A stretch of DNA of 45,029 nt from positions 1 through 45,029 of the forward strand of contig JBBIQJ010000003.1 in assembly GCA_037442385.1 (NCBI GenBank). Direction: 5' to 3'. This stretch comes from Armatimonadota bacterium (GTDB lineage Bacteria; Armatimonadota; Fimbriimonadia; Fimbriimonadales; GBS-DC). A program made the position numbers and the translations under genes. The notes beneath the pieces are model-generated. The model was not told the origin of the DNA, ran no database searches, and was given only the letters and a program-made list of their open reading frames with translations. Positions 39,801 through 45,029 of this stretch are shown piece by piece. Position 1 is the stretch's first letter. Each line of letters begins with the position of its first letter.

Positions 39801-41798
39801 GCCGCCATCAAAAGCGCCAAGGACCTGATGGTGCGCCTGCGCACGCCCCTGTGGCTGGTGGAAGGCGATAAAACCGAACTCAGCGCGATTGTGAGCAACA
39901 ACACTAATCAACCCCAAACCGTGCAGGTGGTGTGGCATACGCCCGAAGGCACGCAGAGCCAGCAGTTGACCGTCGCGCCCAACGACTCGCGCACGCTGAG
40001 CTACCCCTATCGCGCTCGCAAAGTGGGCATGCAAACGATTCGGGTTTCCGCGCGAGAGGTCAACGGCAGGCTCCGCGATGCGGAAGAGCGCCGTTTTGAG
40101 GTCAAATCCGCCGCCACGCCGCAGGTCGCCACGCGCGTGATGCTTCTCAATGGGGAGCGCCAGATGGTGATGAACCTGCTGCCCGACAGCCGCCTCGAAT
40201 TAGGCACGCTGGAGATAGAGGTTCAACCGACGCTGCTTCAGTTTTTGACCGCGCGGCTGGACTATCTGATAGAGTACCCCTACGGCTGTGTGGAGCAAAC
40301 AGTGAGCCGTTTTGTGCCTGCGGTGCTGGCGCGGCAGGTCTATCGGCATCTGGGCGAGCCGATGCCCCCTGAACTGGAGGAGCGCGTGGAAGCGGCGCTC
40401 AAAGCAGGGCTTCAGCGCCTGTCGGAGCTGGAAGCGCCCGAAGGCGGCTGGGGCTGGTGGGAATCTGAAAAGCCAGAGCCATGGATTACCGCCTATGCCA
40501 TGCGCGGCTTGTATCTGGCGAAACAGGCGGGTGTATCCATACCTGAACCGCTCTACGAACGCGGGCTGAGCGTACTCCGACACATGGCAGACTCGGAAGT
40601 GCGAAAATACCGTGAGGCGCTACAGGAGGTACCGTCGCCCTCAACAGACGACCTGCTGCGCGTGCTGGAAGCCCTGGCGGAGATGGGCGAGCCAGCTCCC
40701 GATGCGATCCGCAAAGAGCCAACTCTGCTGAGCCGCATGACCCAGCAAGCCCTCAACACACGGGGGCGCTGGTTTTATCAGCCGCGCCTACAATTGATGA
40801 GGCTCATGGTTCACTGGTCGGATTTGCCTGACGCTCGCAAGCACCTGCGCGCGCTCTGGAATGCCCTGCAAAGCGATTACCGCGAGACCGCCGACGCCCT
40901 CTACTGGTTCCGTGAGGAGCGGAACGAGTTGTTCGTAGAGAGGGTAGTGAGTCAGGCGCGGGCACTGCGGCTGCTGCTGAAGCTGGAGCCGTTCCTCAGC
41001 GAGCTGAACCTGACACCGCGGCGCTATCGACCGATGGTGGAAAAGACTGCGCTGGGGCTGGTGTTGATGCATTACGGCGAGGCGTGGTACTCCTCTTACG
41101 ACACCGCGCTCGCAATCGAAGCGCTGCTGGCGTACATTCAGCGCTATGAGGCAATCAATTCTCGTGGCAACCCTCGTGTGCATGTGTGGGTGAACGACAA
41201 GCCCGTGCCCGCGTTTGAGGGCAAAGTGCGCCTGCAGAGCGAATGGCTACGCAGGGGTGAGAACCTGATTCGCCTGCGTGCGGAAAGCGGTGTGCCGATT
41301 GTGGTCGCGCGGCTCACCAGCTGGCGTCCGCTCACCTATGCAGAGGGGCAGTCGGGAGTTATCCGAATGCGCCTTTACGCGCTCCAGCCGTCGCAGGATG
41401 TGCTGACACCTTCCGAAACGCTCCGCCCCATTCCGCTGGGGGGCGTCGTGCGCGCGGGCACGCTCCTTCGGGTCGAGGTGGAACTCACACGCCCACGCAA
41501 TGTGTCTGACTGGGACTACTCGGTGCTGGAGGCGCCATTCCCTGCAGGCTGCGCGCCCGTGGACACCGAGGCGTTTCTGAAAGCGGGCTGGTGGGCGAGC
41601 GACTACAGCGAGATACGGGACGACCGCGCGCTCAGCTTCCAGTCCCGCTGGTGGTGGTACGACGACACCAAACGGTTTGTGTTTCTGGTGCGTGCGGAGG
41701 TGCCTGGCGAATACAGCATACTGCCGGCGCGCCTGTGGGGGATGTATGCGCCGTTCAGCGTCTCCAGCGAGGCGTTTCGGATTGTGGTGCAGGAGTGA
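36897..41798 (+). CDS. Bacterial alpha-2-macroglobulin family protein (thioester-containing)
   Basis: YTDRPIYRPG, AELSLAVVDEGI, RRNFPDTAFW.P, LPDNLTEWR, YPYGCVEQT (thioester, 40287-40298), GGWGWW, IRDDR, PG.Y...PA...MY. Confidence 0.93.
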   Translation: MFTSRWRHGLLGVVILVLVQFYAVAELIQNEPPRGTLMGHVFSSRTLQPIPRAEVRLVLQKRLPEKSPEGSQRRALLREQGRIEEDRDEVGSIWSVRTDAQGRFALRGIPAGVYRLSAYSQAHSLRNPPYHDEIEVAIPEGTRVEKDLYLQPDSDFMELIYPQAVYYPNEPLKIGVRGFTQEDEMEVTLLALKGNRAPSQRLMRLLETLRFGWWHSSRELREAMDTLADAFQPLWSQRMPITGRDPEGVFTRYIELPRQPEGVYLARIVAGELERAAVVVVSRFGIVFKQDGEQMEFWCADLKTGQPVPDVPLQLWESPGRTLQKLGEGRTDAQGFWRVQEGRGERIYLFALSPDGARLIHWASGYSYRRSDTPLYGAIYTDRPIYRPGHAIHYKGIVRLQTPQGYTIPPPNTPVEVEVVDPRDETYTKQTLTLNEYGAFSGAFTLLPESSTGYYTIFAKVGDYGTIDQSIPVSAYRKPSYRIQARPSKAFYLEDETIEVEVYTEYYFGMPVPNTKIEYEVYREPRISDDYGCIVCNGPPWQETGGVYGEEVLTGEATTDGQGRLTLRFRARDLLPKQETETLGTEPYPFTLSLSGLSEGWEAAKARVKFSVAPCVWEIRIKPEYWFGEPNQPYRVEVQVRDLRTNQPVQTTLQVKVGRFTWAGRYRVTEYPFRQAIQTDAHGKAVLDWTPPESGDWQLVVSAQDPTGRRCEESATLWVFERTYRGGEVSDSRNPLEVRLQKEHYMPGESVEVAIRSPYPDAVYYVSLEGERLFQSRIVKVTGSLTRVRIPLTEAQIPTAYVSVCMVRNKQLYQRTLNVSVGTQDTELNIRVQTDRTHYAPRDTVQVRIQTTDAQGRPVPAELSLAVVDEGIYAIMEDDPHRLRHAFYAHRSNRVYTSFSAPYLALQGDKGEAEDTRRNFPDTAFWLPHLRTNPQGVAQATFRLPDNLTEWRLTVWGHTLKTQVGYAKAAIKSAKDLMVRLRTPLWLVEGDKTELSAIVSNNTNQPQTVQVVWHTPEGTQSQQLTVAPNDSRTLSYPYRARKVGMQTIRVSAREVNGRLRDAEERRFEVKSAATPQVATRVMLLNGERQMVMNLLPDSRLELGTLEIEVQPTLLQFLTARLDYLIEYPYGCVEQTVSRFVPAVLARQVYRHLGEPMPPELEERVEAALKAGLQRLSELEAPEGGWGWWESEKPEPWITAYAMRGLYLAKQAGVSIPEPLYERGLSVLRHMADSEVRKYREALQEVPSPSTDDLLRVLEALAEMGEPAPDAIRKEPTLLSRMTQQALNTRGRWFYQPRLQLMRLMVHWSDLPDARKHLRALWNALQSDYRETADALYWFREERNELFVERVVSQARALRLLLKLEPFLSELNLTPRRYRPMVEKTALGLVLMHYGEAWYSSYDTALAIEALLAYIQRYEAINSRGNPRVHVWVNDKPVPAFEGKVRLQSEWLRRGENLIRLRAESGVPIVVARLTSWRPLTYAEGQSGVIRMRLYALQPSQDVLTPSETLRPIPLGGVVRAGTLLRVEVELTRPRNVSDWDYSVLEAPFPAGCAPVDTEAFLKAGWWASDYSEIRDDRALSFQSRWWWYDDTKRFVFLVRAEVPGEYSILPARLWGMYAPFSVSSEAFRIVVQE

Positions 41799-41813
41799 GG
41801 CTTTCATGGCACA

Positions 41814-42027
41814 GTGAGGTATACGGCTACGGATGGTGCCAGCCGCGTATGGCGCGGATGCTGGCGCCGTGCTGATGCCGGGGCGGGGGGTGTGCATCAA
41901 TATCGGCGACCCGTTCGCCTGAGCGGTCGTCTATGGGCAATACGCGGAGCGACGACGAAATGGAACCCAGAGGCTCGTCTAAGGAGTGGATTCTGAATAT
42001 TGCCTTCAATCGCTGGTAGTATAACCG
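41814..42027 (+). pseudogene. Decayed, internally deleted copy of the downstream methylase-endonuclease pair
   Basis: Three colinear blocks: 41814-41839 ~ 42973-42998 (promoter and M start); 41841-41942 ~ 43175-43275 (internal M, +1 indel, TGA); 41944-42027 ~ 44240-44323 (M end/R start, TAG). Confidence 0.92.
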
Positions 42028-42147
42028 TTTTCTGTTCGCGATGAACCTGCCTGTGGCGGACTGGGAGCAGATGGAGCAGGGGACGATTCGGGGAGTGCTT
42101 GAAGAGTAAATTCACTTTTCTCCACCACAAGGTATACTCCCCACGCT

Positions 42148-42951
42148 ATGTGGGAGTTCGTCCAGTCGCTGTGGGAGCGTCATCTCGATACGGTGCTGGC
42201 GAGCGCGGGCAAAATTCTGCTCGTGTTGCTGGGCGCAGCAGTGGCTCGCTGGATTGGCGGGCGCGCCATTCATGCGACCGTCGCCGCGCTCACCCGAAAA
42301 ATAGAGCTCTCCTCCCGACGGCAGGCGCAGGTGCAGACCATCACCGCGCTGCTGGTGAGCGTGCTGAACTATGTGCTGCTGTTCGTGGTGATTTTCACGA
42401 TTCTAAGCATTCTGGGGGTCAATCTGGGTCCTGTGCTGGCGACGGCGGGGGTGGCGGGGCTTGCCATCAGCTTCGGCGCCCAGCAGATTGTGCGTGATGT
42501 GCTGAACGGCTTTTTTATTCTCGTGGAAGACCAGTTCGCGGTGGGCGAATATGTCACGATTGATGGTGTCAGCGGCGTGGTGGAAACGATGGGCATGCGT
42601 ATCACCCGCATTCGCGACGATTCGGGCAGACTCATCACGCTCGCCAACAGCAGCATTACCCGTGTGATCAACCATAGTCGCGGCGAGCAGAAGATTGCGA
42701 TTGAAGTCGGGATTGCCAGCACGATAGAGCTGAACTCCGCCCGTCAGTGGCTGGAGCAGAGCCTCGCCGCGTTCGAACATCCTTCCCTGAAGACCCCACC
42801 CTCCCTCGAGGGACCGCTCACGCTGGAAGCCAGCCGTTATCTGTTTCGCATCACAGCGGGCGCGGAGCCGTCAGCGGGTACAATTGTGCAGGACGCCCTG
42901 CGCGCCCATCTCTTGCAGAGCGCCCGACAACACCAGATACCGCTCGCCTAG
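42148..42951 (+). CDS. mscS: Small-conductance mechanosensitive channel family protein (YbiO/YkuT-like)
   Basis: LATAGVAGLAISFGAQQIVRDVLNGFFILVEDQFAVGEYV, G.VE.MGMRITRIRD.SG.L....N. Confidence 0.92.
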   Translation: MWEFVQSLWERHLDTVLASAGKILLVLLGAAVARWIGGRAIHATVAALTRKIELSSRRQAQVQTITALLVSVLNYVLLFVVIFTILSILGVNLGPVLATAGVAGLAISFGAQQIVRDVLNGFFILVEDQFAVGEYVTIDGVSGVVETMGMRITRIRDDSGRLITLANSSITRVINHSRGEQKIAIEVGIASTIELNSARQWLEQSLAAFEHPSLKTPPSLEGPLTLEASRYLFRITAGAEPSAGTIVQDALRAHLLQSARQHQIPLA

Positions 42952-42991
42952 GCGCAACGGCTCGTGTATGCGGTGAGGTATACTGCTACGG

Positions 42992-44278
42992 ATGGCGCTA
43001 ACCGACACCTGCGCGGCAAAGGTTTACCTCGCCGATAGTCGGAACATGGCGGAGACGCCCAGTGAAAGCGTCGCGCTTGTCGTCACCTCGCCCCCCTACT
43101 GGCATATCAAAGACTACGGCGTGCCCCATCAGATCGGCTACGGGCAAACCTTGCACGAGTATCTGTACGACTTGAGCCGCGTATGGCGTGAATGCTGGCG
43201 CGTGCTGATGCCGGGGCGGCGGTTGTGCATCAATATCGGCGACCAGTTCGCCCGCGCAGTAATCTATGGGCAATATAAGGTGATCCCGCTCCATGCAGAG
43301 ATAATTGCGCAGTGCGAAACAATAGGCTTTGATTACCTGGGCGCTATCATCTGGCAAAAGAAGACCACGATGCGTCCTTCAGGGGGAGCGGTGGTGATGG
43401 GGTCTTTTCCCTATCCGCCGAACGGTATCGTGGAGCTGGATTACGAGTATATCTTGCTGTTTCGTAAACCGGGCAAAGGGGCGTCTCCTTCGCCCGAAGT
43501 GCGAGAAGCGTCGGTGCTTACTACAGACGAGTGGAAGACCTTTTTCAGCGGGCACTGGCAGTTTGCTGGCGAGCGACAGGCGTTTCATGAGGCGATGTTC
43601 CCTGAAGAGTTGCCGCGCCGACTGATACGGATGTTCTCGTTTGTGGGGGAAACTGTGCTGGACCCGTTTGTAGGGAGCGGCACAACGCTCAAAGCGGCGC
43701 TTGAATTGAACCGTAATGCAATTGGCTACGAGATACAGGTAGACTACCTGCCCCTGATTCGTCAGCGGCTGGGGATGGACAGCCTGCTCCCCCCGAGAGT
43801 GAGCATTTACCAGCGTGGGGAGGCGCTGCCTCCCGTAGAGCCGCCAGAGGGGTACGCGCCCCGTATCAAAGATGCCACGCCCCTGATAGAGCCGAAGCAG
43901 GTGCGTGTGGAACCTGAGGCGACCTATCGAGTCGTGGGGGTTGCTCATTTTGCGGCAGGAAACCCTGTCCTGCTCACGGAAGAGGGGCTGCAGGTTGCCC
44001 TGCTGGGCGTGCGGGTTCCTGCGGCGCTTCAAGAGCAGGCTTTAGGATATTTGAAAACTTATGTAGTCGGCAAAAGAGTGCTATTGCGGTTTGAGTGCCC
44101 CCATGAAAGCGCAGGACAGCCTGTGCCCGTGTACCTTTATCTGACCAATCGGTTGTTTGTGAATCGAAAAATGATCGAGATGGGGCTGGCAGAGGCGGAC
44201 AGGGAGCGTGAGTACCGCTATCGCGAGCGGTTTATTGAGGCGGAGCGACGACGAAATGGAACCCAGAGGCTCGTCTAA
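42992..44278 (+). CDS. Type II DNA methyltransferase, beta class (probably N4-cytosine), with C-terminal SNase-like domain
   Basis: LVVTSPPY precedes H.AMFPEELPRRLI.MFS..GETVLDPFVGSGTT (beta order); about 120-aa extra C-terminal domain. Confidence 0.9.
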   Translation: MALTDTCAAKVYLADSRNMAETPSESVALVVTSPPYWHIKDYGVPHQIGYGQTLHEYLYDLSRVWRECWRVLMPGRRLCINIGDQFARAVIYGQYKVIPLHAEIIAQCETIGFDYLGAIIWQKKTTMRPSGGAVVMGSFPYPPNGIVELDYEYILLFRKPGKGASPSPEVREASVLTTDEWKTFFSGHWQFAGERQAFHEAMFPEELPRRLIRMFSFVGETVLDPFVGSGTTLKAALELNRNAIGYEIQVDYLPLIRQRLGMDSLLPPRVSIYQRGEALPPVEPPEGYAPRIKDATPLIEPKQVRVEPEATYRVVGVAHFAAGNPVLLTEEGLQVALLGVRVPAALQEQALGYLKTYVVGKRVLLRFECPHESAGQPVPVYLYLTNRLFVNRKMIEMGLAEADREREYRYRERFIEAERRRNGTQRLV

Positions 44279-44945
44279 GGAGTGGATTCTGAATATTGCC
44301 TTCAATCGCTGGCAATATAACCGCCCGCACTATGTGGGCAAGCTCTCGGAAAGCATCCGTGAATGTGCCCCCCGCACACTGGAAGAATGGGAGCGCTACT
44401 ACTTTGAAAAAGTGCGTCCCACGCAAAAGATGCTGGCTGACACGATGGAGGAACACCTCAACGAGATAGGACGCAGGCTTTATGTCAAAATCAGTGAACA
44501 GCTCCGTGCCGAGATAGAGGCAATTACCGAAGAAGACTGTATTCAGTATGTGTATGAGGTGGTAATAAAGCGCACTTTTGAGGGTTATCTCAGAGAGAAG
44601 AAGACCGTTTACGAGCAACTGGAGACGCTTCTGCAAGTTAAGATGGAACCTGCGCCTGATGAGTGGGACAGGAAATACAACATAGACTTCTACATCAAGG
44701 TGGGTGAGCGCTACATCGGTATTCAGATCAAGCCGGTGAGCTACGCGCAGCTCCCTGAAGCACACAAGTGGCATGAGTGGATGGCAGAGTCGCATCGCCG
44801 ATTTGAGAAACAGGTGGGTGGGCGGGTCTTTATTGTATTTTCAATCAAGAAGGATAATACCAGGCAAATTGCCAACCCCGAAGTGGTAGACGCAATTCGT
44901 GAAGAGATAGCGCGTTTGCGCAGAGAACAGGGGCTTTCAGAATAG
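44256..44945 (+). CDS. Type II restriction endonuclease, MjaI-like family
   Basis: KEWILN.A.NRW, VG..SE.IR.C.P..LEEW..YY, D.KYNIDFYI......IGIQIKP (PD-QxK variant); overlaps the methylase 3' end by 23 bp. Confidence 0.8.
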   Translation: MEPRGSSKEWILNIAFNRWQYNRPHYVGKLSESIRECAPRTLEEWERYYFEKVRPTQKMLADTMEEHLNEIGRRLYVKISEQLRAEIEAITEEDCIQYVYEVVIKRTFEGYLREKKTVYEQLETLLQVKMEPAPDEWDRKYNIDFYIKVGERYIGIQIKPVSYAQLPEAHKWHEWMAESHRRFEKQVGGRVFIVFSIKKDNTRQIANPEVVDAIREEIARLRREQGLSE

Positions 44946-44950
44946 TCCCC

Positions 44951-45029
44951 CAGAAGATTGCGATTGAAATTGGGTTTGACCGCTCACGCTGGAAGCCGGT
45001 CGTTATCTGTTTCGCGTCACAGCGGGCGC
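44951..45029 (+). pseudogene. Decayed, internally deleted copy of the mscS 3' half (runs off the window end)
   Basis: 44951-44978 ~ 42688-42715 (3 mismatches) joined to 44978-45029 ~ 42812-42863 (3 mismatches). Confidence 0.9.

Noticed and set aside
41841-43275. R-M remnant versus methylase as a DGR template/variable repeat pair
   Set aside because: Mismatches occur at C and T as well as A, there is an indel, and no reverse transcriptase gene is in the window.

Overview
GC-rich, very compact bacterial chromosomal window. The gene content (Omp85/Skp, SpoVR, FliL, RpoC with lineage-specific insertions) suggests a diderm of the Armatimonadota/Terrabacteria type; this is inference only. Most of it is housekeeping and envelope genes: rpoC 3' part, rfaE2-like, ymdB, GH130, thioesterase, Zn-dehydrogenase, tRNA-Pro(CGG), KimA-like APC transporter + USP, mutY, Rpn nuclease, thiL, spoVR, tyrA, fliL, two histidine kinases, MCC beta, trpB, ABC ATPase, GH2, a tolC-ECF sigma-bamA-skp-lipoprotein cluster, lysS, GNAT, SLC13 and alpha-2-macroglobulin. 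It ends in mscS plus a Type II restriction-modification pair (N4C-type methylase with an SNase-like tail, MjaI-family nuclease). The most unusual structure is at 41.8-45.0 kb: a spliced, decayed copy of the R-M genes lies upstream of mscS and a spliced, decayed copy of mscS lies downstream of the R-M genes, forming interlocking direct repeats. Three recurring promoter motifs are readable by eye: GGTAyAnT just before start codons (leaderless type), GCAGGA-N17/18-GAA (SigH-like) and an ECF-like motif. No CRISPR array, prophage or IS element was seen. All product calls are from motif recognition, with no database searches.
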